Assembly (NCBI GenBank): GCA_965287045.1
Contig: OZ336878.1
Coordinates: forward strand, 105,028,001 to 105,092,000
DNA from: Carcharhinus amblyrhynchos
Lineage: Eukaryota
Length of the DNA stretch: 64,000 nt
Direction: 5' to 3'
Of this stretch, positions 38,908-52,719 are shown one piece after another. The notes beneath the pieces are model-generated. The model did not search any database and was not told where the DNA came from. It worked only from the letters and a program-made list of their open reading frames with translations. How positions within the stretch are numbered: position 1 is the stretch's first letter; each line of letters opens with the position of its first letter. A program made the position numbers and the translations under genes.

Positions 38908-40189
38908 CTGCTGAAGTGAAGAAGTAAGGCCAATTTAGCCGTTCCAAAGCTCGAACCGTCCCACAGAAGTGATCAGATTCAAATGACGTATCATTGATTC
39001 ACATCAGAAATTCACTTTTTGTTTCAACAAACAGCTTTGCTTCTCAACAATCTATTGCTTCTTCAATCACTTTAACATCTCATTAACTGTAGCATCTTTA
39101 TTCCGTTCTTGATAAAATGAAAATGATGTAATTTGAAGCAAAAGGGAACTTATGATTTCCAATTGAAGAAACGGGACCATTTTCCTGGCCTTCCTAGTTA
39201 ACAGTATTAACGGTGAATTAGGAATCCCTCCTTTTCTAACTGAAAGAAACACAAATAGTTACGGTCTTCACATTCATTCATGAGAATCACTAGTTGACAT
39301 CTAGAGTTGAAATTAATTCTCACCAGAAGGTGAAGGCGATCTGCATTCATGAGTGAAGCTGCAGAACATTCAACCGATGCGTAACTACATTGTTGACAGT
39401 AAACTTTGTTTTCTAAGATTTTGACACAGCAAAAATTGTTCTACAGCAATATATATTATTGTCGGGTGATAATGGAATGGGGCGCGGGGTATTGTAGAGG
39501 AATTCCATTTCTACACATCAGCGGTTCTGTATTTGGAATTTGCTATTGGAGATATTTCGTTGAATTCCAGCAAACGAATGTTGTCCGACATTTTGAGAAG
39601 GTTAATGTCCGGCATGTAGGGCCGAACAGGTCGTTGGGCCTTGAAGGATTGTTGGTTCACAGAGTGCGTTTGGGCAACAGCTGTCTGCTTTCCATCGGAA
39701 TACTTTGACGTTGATGAGTGTTGTTGGAGCTATGTCTTTCATAGCATGTCAAGACTTTTCAATCATACTCCTTAATTGTAAGTTGGAGATGCTAAATAGG
39801 ATTTCGGGGAGGATTTGGATATAACATGAGATGTGTGACTTGTTTCACACCTCCTCGCTTCTAACCACCATTTTGTACATCCGCACCTTTCTGTTATTAA
39901 TCAGGATAGTCGCCAAGGATTTGAAAACGTTGTATACAACGATTACATAGCCATTTACTTTCAATGGATGACTTTTGCCTGCTTATCTGCTTGGATGACT
40001 TTTCTGCCTCAAAATTCTGCCCCCCCCCCCCCCCCCCCGAATGCTGTTTAACGCATGTCGGGCCTAACCCGGTAAAACGGAAGAACGTGCATTCCGGTTG
40101 ATATGCGTAAATATCTTGAGAATCTCAGATAAGGAACAGCTTTAGTACATTCTAGAACCACTCGGTCATTGAATAACGCAGGATCCTAT

Positions 40190-40526
40190 TTGAATAATAT
40201 AATCCCTACAGTGCAGAAAATGGCCATCTGGCCCATCGAGCCTGCAAAGGCCACAATCTCATCCAGACCCTACCCTCATATCTCCACGCATTTACGCGTT
40301 GATCCCTCTAATCTACGCATCTCAGAACACTGAGGGGCAGTTTCAGCATGGCCAATCAACGTAACACGAACATCTTTGCATTGTGTGAGGAAACTAGCAC
40401 ACGAAGGACACCCACACAGACACGAGGAGAATATGCAAACTCCACACGGAGAGTGACCCAAGCTCGGAATCGGACCCAGTTACCTGGAGCTTTGAAGAAG
40501 CAGTGCTAACCACGGTGTACCGTGCC
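40190..40526 (-). mobile_element. HE1/V-SINE-like SINE (HOR copy 4)
   Basis: Same insertion site as the other HOR copies. Confidence 0.88.
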
Positions 40527-40838
40527 GATTATTAGCGGACGTGATGTGGATCAATGTGTAATAATTACAGGCAATTTCAGGAAGCATTTGAAAACTGAAC
40601 AGGTGGACCAATGACAGGCAATGACCAGAAAATAATTCTACGAAAATATAGCAACACCAATTAAATTGATATCAATACCAGTAAAGACGGAAATTGAAGA
40701 GAGGAGATCTGACGAGAGCGCAATGGATGTTTGTTTAACTGATGCCTTGCTTAAGCACACCCCCCAAAATATTGAAAGTGACATTTAGGAACATTTCGAT
40801 CAGGGAAGAGAGACACTAATGAATTCTTGATATGTTAC

Positions 40839-40865
40839 CTGATCCTATGTCCATCATCTCCCGAT
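40839..40865 (-). CDS. Putative 27-nt micro-exon (DREMMDIGS)
   Basis: gagcag|27 nt|gtaaca, open. Confidence 0.45.
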
Positions 40866-42754
40866 CTGCTCAAGGAGAGATGTCAAGTCAATTAATCGTT
40901 CTAAAGATTTAACCGTCGCACATAACTGATGCTCAAATGGCATGTGATTGGACGTAATCAATATCTCGCTTTCTATTCAGATAACATCCTACCAGCTCAA
41001 ATTTCCATCATTTCATCTCTTAATTGAAAATTACTTTGCGTGCAGTTTTCTCATTTCACTCTTGTCAGAATGAAATTGATGTGATGGGAAGTTAATGGGA
41101 ATTATGAATTCCCAGTGAAAGAATGGCATTTTGTTATTTGGCAGTCCTCTGTTTTGGCTGGTAATCGCGTTAGCATTAATTTGGGAATTCCTCTTTTTGT
41201 GTAAAAAAAGGAACACCAACTTGCATGTCCTTCTGGTCATTCATGGAAAGTACCTGCTACTCGCTAGGCCATAACCTAACGCTCATCAGAAGGCCGAGAT
41301 CTTCTGCATCGATGAAACCCTGAAGACAATGCAATGTACATATGCCCACATTGCTTACATTAAGAGCGTTCTTTGTTTTTGACAACGAAATTGATGGCAC
41401 GGCATTTTTCTTTTAAATTCTGCTGGTTTTGGCATGTTTTGGGAGAGACTGGGAGGATGTCTAGGAATTCAGCTCCTACCGTCTAGGCCTCATGCCATTG
41501 GACATTGCTATTGAGATGCTTTGATAAATTTCAGCATGTGACTGTTTCGCCAAACGATGCAGCCTTGTGATTTTGTCTTCTCTACGTAGGCAGAACCTTT
41601 TACCGACTGTTGGTTGACGGAGTGCAGTTGAACCTCAAGCCACTGTTTTGTTTTGTATTGCGTTAAAGCTGTCGAGCATTGTTGGAATTTCATCGATCAT
41701 GGCATGTCGAGGGTATTCGAGCCTCTTGCCAAGTTATAAGTTGTAGATGGTGGGCAGCATTTCGGGGAGGTGCAAGATGGAACAGGAAATAATTGATATG
41801 TTAGCCGATTCTTGGACTCTTGTGGAACTGAGAGATCAGTTGGGACCTTTAAGGATTGTTAGTTGACAGAGTGTGGTTGAACATCAAACTGCCTGTTTTC
41901 CATCGGAATTCTTTGAAATTGTTGATTGTACTTGGATGGACGTCGATCATGACAGTTCCACTGAATCTTAGTCCTTAGTTGTACGTTGTAGATGCTGGAG
42001 AGGATTTTGGGGAGGAATTGCAGGATAAAAGAATTGTTTAAGTCGTTACACACTTCCCAACCTCAAATCTGCTTTTCTCGACACAGGATTTATATGCCCT
42101 ACATCGTTCATTTTCTAGTCCAGATCGACCATCCGGATTGTATTGTTATTTAATATCAATGGATAACGGTTAAGTATTTCTCTTATTGGTGCAGTTTGTT
42201 GCTTCAAAATTTCATGGCGGGAATGGTACTTCCCACCTCTCCGGCCAAACCATAAAAATCAGAAAACTTGAATTTCAGTTGATAGACTTGACAATCGTTA
42301 TAATCTCAGACAAATGTATCACTTCAGTACAATGTGTGACAACTCGCTCATTGAATAATGCAAAATCTTGATCTTCTCAGATACATTCATCACTTCAGTA
42401 GGCTGTGTGATCATTCACTCATTGAACAATGCAAAATCCTATTATTAGGGAAATTGTCAATCCTCGCTGTCTGAGAATAAGAGTCAACAGAATCAAAAAT
42501 TTTAAAATTGTAACGATGGACCAGCGGTACACAGTAACTGAGGAGATCATTCGTCAAGTGAAGGAAAGCAAGAGCTAAGGAAAATTGAAGCCAATACCAC
42601 CAACTAAGAAATATTACTGGACAATATATGACCAACGCACAACAGGTATTAGTTTCATTAATGCCATTGCTAAGGAAACCTTCCAAAATAGTGAATTTAA
42701 GGCATATTTAGATAATTGGAAGAAAAGTACAAAACTGGCTTATTGATATCTTGC

Positions 42755-42781
42755 CTGAACTGATGTCCATCTTCTCTCGAT
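42755..42781 (-). pseudogene. Degenerate micro-exon copy (DREKMDISS)
   Basis: GC donor; acceptor changed to TTG. Confidence 0.4.
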
Positions 42782-43769
42782 CAACTCAAATTGAGAATTA
42801 AATCTAATTACTCGTTCCAAAGTTCGAAGCGCCCGAGAGAGCTCATCAGCTTTCAAATGACTTTCCACTAACTTTATTAGTCACTCGCTTTCTTTCTGGA
42901 AAGCCACACTATTGTTCAATCATCCAACACTTCTCATCTCAATTTAAAATTCAATTTGCTACAGTATTTTGCTTTCAGTCTTGCCAAACGAATTTGATGT
43001 GCTGGGAAACTAATGAGAATTAATGGTTTCGAATTGAATCAAAACGCTGTTTTCTGTCCCTCCTCCGTTTTGCCGGCTGATAGTGTTAACGTTAAATAAG
43101 GAATCCTCCTTATGTCAAAAAAATTGGAACACCAGTTTCTATTTTCTTTATATTCACTTAAGCGAAGTAATGTTTGCAGGCAATAACAGAAGTTAATACA
43201 TATTGGATAGCGGAGTTGAAACCCTCCAGACCATGCAGTGTAGATATGCCCAGCCTACTGATGGTAAACTTTTTTCATAATTTAGACACAGCAAAACTGA
43301 TGGTATGGCGATATATTTCAAAGCCAGTTGATGTGGTCCACGATTTGTTGCTGAAACTCAAATCTTGTTGAGGAATTCCGTTTCCACTGGTTAGTTGGTG
43401 TGTGTTTGGAAATTACTATTGGAGATGTTTTAATGAATTGAAACTGAATAATCGGATGCACAATGATGCAACGATGTAAGTTTGGCTTGTGGCGTTTTGA
43501 GTGCAGTTAAAGGCTTTACCTAATTTAGGCTGATGGAGTGTGATCTGGTTTCAAACCATTTGCCTTCTATGACACGCTATTGAACTTGTCCAGTGTGGTG
43601 GAGCTATATCTATCATAGTAGGTCGAGGCCATACAATTATGCTCCTTACGTGTACGTTGTAGATCGTGGACAGGAATCGGGGGACGGTCACATAGAGTTG
43701 GCGCATGCTTCCTAGCCTCTAATTTGCTTTTATGCCCATAATATGTATTTCCTGGCACTAATCAACAGA

Positions 43770-46700
43770 ATTAAATAATGTTCAAACATCACTCCAGTAT
43801 GGGACACAACTTTCAACGCAAAGCATGCATTCATGTTCGCTTCCTTTCAAGCATCAGTGTTGTGTGTGTGGTGAGCAGCAATTCCGGTAGGTCCTTCCCA
43901 GTGCAGTTTGAAACAATTCCTCCGTCATTATGCCATCACTGAAATATATTTCCCTGCTGATAATCGTCCCATGTCTCGCTGTTCAGTTCCCTTTGGGTTT
44001 CGACGACCTGTGAATGAAGATTTTGTTAGTGCAGTGCAGCATCTCTTCAATAATGCTTTCCATTTCCACTGCTTTGGGTGTTATGAGGCGCTTATTGCGT
44101 GCCTCACAGATCTCCCCATAATGACTTTGTAGGATACTCGTCCGATGGTTCTGTTGGGGCTTGCTGTCATTATCATTGGTGCAATGGACAAGGCCTCTGG
44201 CAATTTTAAACCAGTCTCCCTACACAATTTATCTTTTTTTTGTCAGAATGCCCTTCAGTTTTTCTACTGCTGCAATGTATTGTGGCTGATAGATACAGGA
44301 CAGTCCTTGTATACATTCAAGTCCTTTAATGATCTACTTAACGACATCACCAATGGTAAAATGACGTCCATTGTCACTTGACATGATGTCAGGTATGCCA
44401 AACCTAGACATGGTTTCCCTTAGTAAGACCCTGACTTCCGTTATTGAATCATTTCTTCCTGTAGGAACTGTTTCTGTCCAGCTGGAAAGTAGATCTACAA
44501 TTACCAATACATCATTAAAATTCATGAACTTGAGTATTTGCATAATACCCGTCTGGAAATGTACGAAACAGCCCCAAGTCTGTGGTTGTAAAGTAGCTTG
44601 TAAGCTAGTTCTTTCCCCTTATTCAATTTAAGAAGCTGCGGAATACGAGGCATGTCATGACTGTTGCAAAATATGCCCCATTCCCCCGTTTCCTGCATGA
44701 TTGAAGTTATGACATGCATGAGCAAGCCAAGGGAGTTGTTTGTCTTATGGTGACCATGCGGCCGTCGTGGGGCAACCAAAGACCAGATGGGATTTGATAA
44801 CAACTGTTGTCAGCACAGGTCAATTTCTCTGTCACATCAACAGTGGCTTGCAGTTGTACGTCGTCAATCGGCAGATAGCGCCAGCTGAGCAGGTTGCTAT
44901 TTGTAAACACCGAGCTACCGCTTTCCCGTTGATTCAGATGGTTTCGGATCGAGCTGAATTGTGAGCTTGAGCTCTTAACAGGGACACATCATCCCGTCCG
45001 CGAGTATGAGCGACACATTTAATTAATGGAAGAAGGACGGCATTTCTATTGCTTTTGATATTTCATTCAATAAGAGATCTACGATCGATTTGTATCTTGG
45101 AAGAGGTGAGAACGACACGTAAATTGAGAGCTTGTCAAACTCATCAACGACTCCATGCAATAAGCAGACTCTATATAGATAACGACTGCAGCGTTCTCTG
45201 GTCAGATGCAGGCCCGTGTGAGAGCGAGAAGCTCAGCCGCCTGTGCAGAGCAGCCGGAGGAAAAAAATCCAATTTCTAGGGCAGAGCGTGGATCCGGATT
45301 TGAGACTTCCATCGGCTGCTGTCGTGCTGAGCCATAAGTAGAATATATGAAGCCAGGATTTGGCAGAGGATAATCTTTCAGATCGTGCCTCAGAGTTTTG
45401 ATAATTTGTACCACTTGTTCAATAGTATCTGGTCGCTATGACGGAAAATGTACTATTACACCGAAATGATTGCCCATATAATGTCCTGTACCACATAGTA
45501 TAACACGGACGGTGGTACCACTGTGGGTCTTAAAGAGGGTTTAGGCGACCGGGGATAATTCGAGTGTCATGTTTAGGTCTTTAGGAACACAGTGAAGGTA
45601 TGCTGTATGAAACAGAATATGTTAATGTGCGGTTTTGCAATATGTACTTGTTGCCACCGCAACCTTTGGGTCATAATAGGTATAGGTACAGGTGCCAACT
45701 TTTAAGTGTTGTTTCAAAATGTGGAAACCGCACCTGGACGACGTGTTTCTGCAGCAAACCTTGGGTGACTGTTATAGTCTTTGAGAAAGATGCATCATTG
45801 TAATCTGTCACCACTATACAGCAAGACTCGTAGGCAAGGTGTGTTCTGTGAGTGGAAATATATTTCCATATCTTTGTTCAAACAAAACTCGCAAACTAAT
45901 TGCTCGCGGCATACGGATGAGTGTGCAGCGCAACTTGCACAGTAAATCTCTGCCCAGAACGTGGATCGGGACATTATTAGAACTTTTATGAAAACCTTAC
46001 TCTCCTGAATGAATCTGAACGGAAAAGGGGACTCTGTCTGACAATGACACTGAGAGGGGTTAGCCTGTTCGCCTTACTGCATGAACAGAAGACGTGCGTT
46101 TCTGCAAGGTGGAGTAGTCGGCGCTTTAAACCGAGAGTAAGATGCCCCTATATCCATCTGGAATTCCCGAACGTTGACCCTGTTAGTAATGGGAACCATT
46201 GGTTCCTATGAAATTCGATATTTACCTGCTGTTACTAATTGCGAAAATGTCTGGCAGTGTCTGTCAGAAAATCTCTTGTCATGGGGTGAACATGAGCCTG
46301 AGGACTTGAGCCTAATGCTTAGACAGGATATATGGCCGGGTTGTCCTAAGGGCTGCCGAGACCCCTGATTAATATTGGGTGCATCTCGACAGTTGTAAGA
46401 GGCACCAATAGAACCCTGTTCTGTAACCTTTCTGCTCCTCGGCCTCCTCCTCTGCCTGTTGTGTTTGGACCCGGATATTGTCGCTGAGGTGCTCCCTGAA
46501 GGGCAGCGGGATCCACTACCTTTACTTCCATGCATTTTCGTTGGCCATCTTCCGCTTGTGTTCAACCTGGCGCTGGCAATGTAAAACATTTATAAATTCT
46601 TGCAATGGTTTTGTTATCTATACAATGTAAGTTGTCCTGAACATTTGTTTCATAAGAGACTGCAATCCGATTACAATGCCACTCACAGATTCCGACCCTC

Positions 46701-48600
46701 CTTGGTCTGGACTAAAGCCAGAATGTTTCACGAATGCACTGTCCACACTTTCCACGTTATATCCAACATCCTGGCAGCGTTTTTATACAAAGTGATTAAT
46801 GTTACGCTAAATAACCGGAGACGGAAATTGATTGAGTAAAGAAGCATGCTATTCAGACCACAAAACACAGAGGTAATACTCCCCGATGTCCACATCAGGC
46901 TAGTTACACTTTCCCTCAATTTGCCTCCATCTGACTGACCCCAGACAAGCATCAAGGGCCACATCAGTATTATGAGATCGTGGGGTCATGAGGCTTTCGC
47001 AGAATTTTCAATTTGCTTGTTGTCGTTTGTAAGTTTAATATTTAGGATTAGGCATGGAATCGTCAATCTCTCTTAATTCTGAGGAGACCTCGGTTCGAAG
47101 ACGCGAGCATGGACGCCATCACGTCCACGGAAAGCATTCACGGAGTATCTGGTGCGCTGACCCTTGGTGTTCCCTAATTGTCTTGCCTCTCTTTCTCACC
47201 GCATTTAGAGTAAACCTCTCAGTACTGTGGTAAAGAAGCACTGGGGTAAAAATCAGTGGAGGTCAACTTATTGGTGGCGCTGAAGGAGCCGGAATCGTTT
47301 CAGTAATGGATTCAGTAAAATTGCTGGGTCGAGGAAGGGTGGGGGAGAGCGGAATCCAGTCACTGTCTTCATTGTCCCCGCCATTTCTTAGTACTTATGT
47401 TCTAGAAATCATTATACTCCTGGATCATTACATCTATTTTGGATCGCTCCACGCGCTTTAGATTGGATCAACCTTTCTCTCCTCATCTTCCTGACTTTTC
47501 CTTTCTCTTTCCCTCTGCTTATAGTTTGGATCATATCCACTCCTAAGTCTGGACCTTTCCTTCCTTTCCTCAGCTTCCTGTCTCCAGTTCATAAAATGTG
47601 ACCGTCCCACGTTTCTCTTGCCTTGTTGCTCTTTTCCCCTAAAAGATTCTTCCATAAATTCTATTATATCTTAATTGAAAGCTGCATTTGGAGGAAAATA
47701 GCGAATTTTCCCCAATGATTATTTCATCCATTTGTTGACATGCGGAGCACTTCCGTATCTGCAATATATGCACATATAGGCGACAGGTGTCCCCTTTGGT
47801 TGGCAATTTTATCTAGACTCGGAATTTCCCATTTACTATTTGCCGACATATAGAATTTATTGATTTTAGTAGACAGTAGTAATGTTCAAAGTTTATTTAT
47901 GAGTCACAAGCAAAGGTTATGCTAAAACTGTAATGAAATCACTGTGAAATCCGTCTAGTCGCCATACTCTGGCGACTGTTCAGGTCAAAGTGAAAAAAAC
48001 AGCATGACTTTCAGACTGTGGGAAGAAACCAGAACACCTGCTGGAAACCAACACAGGCACGGGTAGAACTCACAAACTTCACACAATCTTTGACCTAAGT
48101 CGGGAATCGAAACAGGGTCCCTGGCTCTGTGAACTAGCCTTGCGAATCATTATGCCACCAAGCCACCCCAACACGCACGTCGGGCGCTTGTGGATGTTAA
48201 CACACACGCTGCCCTCCTGGACTTTAACCTGGTTGCCGAAGTCGCGGGGACATTAACCCGTAAGTCATAAACCCAGATACATAGCTCCTTAGGAATCTAA
48301 CCATAAAGGCGTGCCCTTTGGGATTTTAAACATCCATTCGCAATCTATTTGCACTCCCATTCTGCGGCACCACACCATAATTGCGTGTACGCAGTGTGTA
48401 CGCAGGAGACCACTGGCAGAGAGTCTCATGTAAGGAAATATCCTTACATTATTTGTTATGCTGGCTGAGTCATAGGCTTATCTAGTGTCGGAACAGTGGT
48501 TCAAGGCTTCGCCTAGGGGAGAGGGATTGCCATCTCTGCGGAACTTCCTGAATACTCGGTGCTTGAAGATAACAGATCACAACATTCATGAGTGATCGAA
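43770..48600 (-). mobile_element. Heavily decayed class I (epsilon/gamma-like) ERV gag-pol remnant (ERV-B); no env or clear LTRs
   Basis: Gag start MGNSES...PKGTPVAYM...KW at 47832; RNase H DLKDYPLPNP...GSA...SAQAAELLALTRAC (45202-45414); integrase core VLVIVDLLSSWTE...RFGIPDIMSSDNG (44334-44543). Confidence 0.85.
47881..48168 (-). mobile_element. tRNA-derived SINE inside the ERV-B leader
   Basis: Reverse V-SINE core GACTGTGGGAAGAAACC.. with a different (AAAGTTTATTTAT) tail. Confidence 0.8.
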
Positions 48601-48643
48601 CGTTTCTCGCCTCCTTATCTATAAGGAGAAAATTACAGAATAT

Positions 48644-48889
48644 TGTAATACTTGTCCAGCCTGCTGAGATGTTTACTGTTAACTTTGTTGCAGGTCATTT
48701 CTTACATCTTCAATTAAACATAATTTCTTCAGGCCATGAACACTGGAAATTTATTTGCATATGATGCAAAAAGGTAGATCCGATACTATGAATATTTTGT
48801 TACGTTCGATCTGTAATGTCAGAATATTAACTGCTGGACTGATGGAATATCCGTTCAGACAATGGTCACTCGACCATATCCTTATTACA
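48644..48889. repeat. ~250-bp TG...CA element (probable solo LTR); second copy at ~50962-51228
   Basis: TGTAATA...TATTACA inverted ends; shares CACTGGAAA..AAGGTAGA..GCTGGACTG..ACAATGGTCACTC with 50962-51228. Confidence 0.55.
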
Positions 48890-49549
48890 TTTTGGGGGCC
48901 ATTATCAAAAATACTTAATAATATCTTGTGTTAGGATACTGTTGCTGATGTGCTAATAATCTTGGTCCCCTGCTCAACCCTGTCGTGAGTTCAGTCTCCT
49001 TTCCCACAGAGAGATGCTAAAATAATAATACCGGTGGATTCTGGGATTGAATTGCCATTTAATATCAGTTAATGAGGTCTATGTTGTCTCTCCACTTGGA
49101 TCAACTGCTTGCCTCACAATTGTGTCGCGTGAGTGTTACTTGTCACTTGGCAGCACAGGCATGAACATCACGAAAACCAGAATTGTGCTTGATAATCTTG
49201 AAAAAAAACTTGATAATCGCTGACAACTATACCATTTTAATGCAGCCATTAACCACTAATACGTTAAACAATGCAAAATCGCATTATCCATGGAAATGGT
49301 CAAACAGCGCTGGCAGTATTTATAGTCAATCATTGTACAAGAGAAGGGAAGGAAGCACCTAGAAAAAACGCAATAAACACGAGGAAAAGAAAAATGAATG
49401 TTACGAGACTTGATGGAACTAGAGTGCCATACGTATTAGTTTCGCTGATGCCTTAGAAAATAAAGGCTTCCGAAATACTAAGGGTGGCATTGAAAGACAT
49501 TTACAATGTTGGAAACAGAGAGGTAGGAGCAAATGATACATTCTTATAT

Positions 49550-49840
49550 CAAGATCACTTACCAGCGGATTCAAGAACAGCATCTTCCCTGCTGCCATCA
49601 GACGTTTGAATGGAACTACCTCTCATTAAGTTGACCTTTCTATCCACCCTAAGCATGACTATAACACGATATTCTGCACTCTCAAGTTTCATTCTCCATG
49701 AACAAAATGCGTTGCCTGAACCGTGCACAGGGAATAATACTTTTCACTTCATAGTAATAAATGCGACAATAATCAATCAAACAAAATCAAATTAGATTCA
49801 ATAATTCTAATTCAATCTAATCCAATCAATTCAACTCAAA
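49550..49840 (+). mobile_element. LINE 3' end (Rex1/Babar-like) with (AATCA)n-type tail
   Basis: TTCAAGAACAGCATCTTCCCTGCTGCCATCAGACGTTTGAAT encodes FKNSIFPAAIRRLN; microsatellite tail. Confidence 0.7.
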
Positions 49841-49846
49841 CGTTAC

Positions 49847-49873
49847 CTGATCTTAGATCCATTCTGTCTCGGT
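49847..49873 (-). CDS. Putative 27-nt micro-exon (DRDRMDLRS)
   Basis: gataag|27 nt|gtaacg, open. Confidence 0.4.
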
Positions 49874-50320
49874 CTTATCAAATGGATAAATAAAGTGAAT
49901 ATGTAATTCCAAAGATCAAACCGCGCCACAGGACTGGTCAGATTTCAAGCGGCGTTTCCTTTACCTTCATAAGTAACTCGTAATCTTCTCAGGAAAACAT
50001 TTCCTACTCAAACATCCATCACTTGGCATTTTAGTGCATAATTGTAATATCTGCACAAAATGCTTCACGTCGTTTACAGCACAAATTGAAGCGATGGAAA
50101 GCTAATGATAATTAACCTTATCGAATTAACAGGCAGCTGTTTATGTTATGTTGTTCTTTCATTTTAGTCTGATAGCAATCGTAGCATGAAATTAGAGACG
50201 CCTTTTAAGAAAATATACAAATAATATCCTTCACTCTCTTTATGTTCAGTGGAAGAAACGGTTTCTAGCGGGACAAGAATGTGATATAAATTACAAGGCA
50301 GTGGTGATCTGCATCCATGA

Positions 50321-50419
50321 CCAACGTCATGATGTGGAGATGCCGGCGTTGGACAGGGGTAAACACAGTAAGAAGTCTGACAGAAAGAAACCTGGTGTTG
50401 TCAGACTTCTTATTGTCTT
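50321..50419. mobile_element. Tiny Penelope-like terminal fragment with inverted arms
   Basis: ATGATGTGGAGATGCCGGCGTTGGAC terminus; inverted arms 50366-50382/50399-50415; TCCATGA direct repeats on both sides. Confidence 0.6.
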
Positions 50420-50961
50420 TCCATGAACAACTGCAGGCCATACCATGTACGTACATGCACAGTGTTTTTAGCAATGGAGTTTCATGATTTTCACCTACCG
50501 AAATTTAAGGCACGACATCAAACTTCAATGTCAGCGTGATTTTGCTAGAGATGCGGCGCGGGTGTGTGGGGAAGGGCGGTTAAGACTGTAGTGGTATTCT
50601 GTTTCTGCAGGTCAACGGCCGTGTGTTTGCAATCTTCATCTGCAATTCATTTGATGAATTCCTCCAGAGCATCAATGCAAAATGATACCATTGTATGAGG
50701 TTGTGTGATCCTACAGTGTGGTTGGAAATCATGCAGTCTGCATTCATTTGTGCGCCGTTGGGGTTGTTGAGAGTTGTTATACCGACACCTATCAGGGCAG
50801 GACCAAGATATTATTTTCCTTATTTGAAAGTTGTAGATGGTGTTGATTTTTTTTTTGGAAAGGGGCGAATGGGGTAGGAGCTGATTAAAGCGTTACACGC
50901 TTCATCGACTCCCATAGACCTGTTGCTCCAGCTACGGTATTTAGATAATGACACAGTTCAC

Positions 50962-51228
50962 TGTGAATACCCTAAGACTCCTCCGGACTGGTCTGCTCAG
51001 TTGTTTTCATTAACCTATTTGAGAGGTCATTTCTTTTCCCTTCTTGTAAAGATAACTGCTTCTGTTGTGCTTCACACACACTGGAAAGTTATTTATAGAT
51101 GATAGATAAAGGTAGACCCGAGACCACCACTGTTTCGTAATGTTCCATTGGTAATATCATATTATTTATTGCTGGACTGGTAGAATGCCCTTTCAAACAA
51201 TGGTCACTCAATCATACCTTTATTACTT
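50962..51228. repeat. Second copy of the ~250-bp element, inserted in the monomer LINE half
   Basis: Homologous to 48644-48889; the monomer resumes after it. Confidence 0.55.
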
Positions 51229-51804
51229 TCTGGAATGAAGAACGACACTTGGGATATTGATAGTGGTGGAGTCAGCGATTGTCTTGCGATCTAATCTTAA
51301 AGCAGATGACTATACTTTCTCTAGTCTTTGAACAAGCCGTTCCCTTCCAATTCAGTGGCGTGAATACTACTTGAAACTTGGATGTCCAAGCCGGAATGAT
51401 CAAGAAAGAGTGATTAGTAGATCATAATATTTAAAATATTATATTCACAGACAATTGCACTGCTTTAGTATCGTGCGTGACCGCTCACTCATTGAACAAT
51501 GCAGCATGCTATAATTGATAGAAATAGAAATGTTCAATAAGTACTGTAAATTGAAGGGATGGCTCATAGACACATAGCTGTTGTGGACGTAATTTTACCA
51601 AATTAACGGAAATAATCTGCAAGGAAACTTGAAAATAACACTAAAGCCGACATTGAACAGGCGGGACAAAATAAGACTAGAGTGCAACATGCATTACTTT
51701 TACTGAAGCCACAGTTCAGCAACAGTCCAACCTATTATGAGTGCAATCGAGGCACACAGAGAAAACTGGACGAAGAAAGGGAGGACATTCGGACTTGCAT
51801 TTAC

Positions 51805-51831
51805 CTGAATCCGTGTCCAACATGTCTCCCT
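51805..51831 (-). CDS. Putative 27-nt micro-exon (EGDMLDTDS)
   Basis: gagcag|27 nt|gtaaat, open. Confidence 0.45.
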
Positions 51832-52719
51832 CTGCTCAAATAGACAAATAAAATTGATTAATCTTTCCAAAGTTGGAGGTGTGCCACAGAACGTTTCAGA
51901 TTTCTGATGATGGGACATTGTCTATCATCATTAGCCTGCTTTCTTTGCAGGAAGTCAACTTTCCTGTTCAAACTTCGATTGCTTCTTACCTCAATTTTAA
52001 ATTCCACTACCTGCAGTAATATGTGTTTAATGTCTTCAAAATTAAATTTAATTAATGGGAAGATAATAAGAATTAATAATTCCCAATTGAGGGAAAATCG
52101 TGTGTTTTCCGGTGTTCTTGCGTTTTTTTTGGATAACAGTGTGGCACTAAATTATGAATATGAACTTTTGTACAAAGAAACAAGACCTTGTCCATTGTTT
52201 GCCTTCATTCATAAGAAGGAGATGTTGTTACCTATATCAGAACGTAATGTGCATCAGATGGTGGTGGTATATGCTCCCTTGAAACCTGGCATAATATGCT
52301 GTCTACGTACAACCACAGTGCTGTTAGTAAGGGCGTTCTTTGATTTCGACACGACCATTTTGAAGGTTCAGCAACACATTTCAACGTTGTGCTGGCTTTT
52401 ACATGGTGGGTGTGGGATGTGGACGGTGTAGTGGTGAGGTGGTGCGGGGAGAGAGGTGGGAATTGAAACTTGTAGAGGCATTCCGTTTCTACATGCCCGT
52501 GGTCAGCTGTTTCGAATTTGCTATTGGGATCTTCTTCATTAATTCCAGCAGGCGTATTTGTTACATAATACTGTCATTGCGTAATGTTGGCTTGTGGGGT
52601 TGTGGGCGATGGTGGAGAGAGGGGTAGGTCTTTAATGAATTTTTGCTATCAGAATGAGTTGAGCATCAAGCCTCGTGCGTTCTATTAGATGTCGCTGAGG
52701 GTGCTGAATATTGCAATAT

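Larger units (their letters stand above)
22765..41330. repeat. Higher-order repeat: three-monomer block (A-B-C) present 4 times
   Basis: Diagnostic variants recur with cores A 23424/28119/32298/37257, B ~25030/29722/33895/38881 and C 26993/31673/36091/40839; the same SINE insertion is in all four. Confidence 0.9.
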
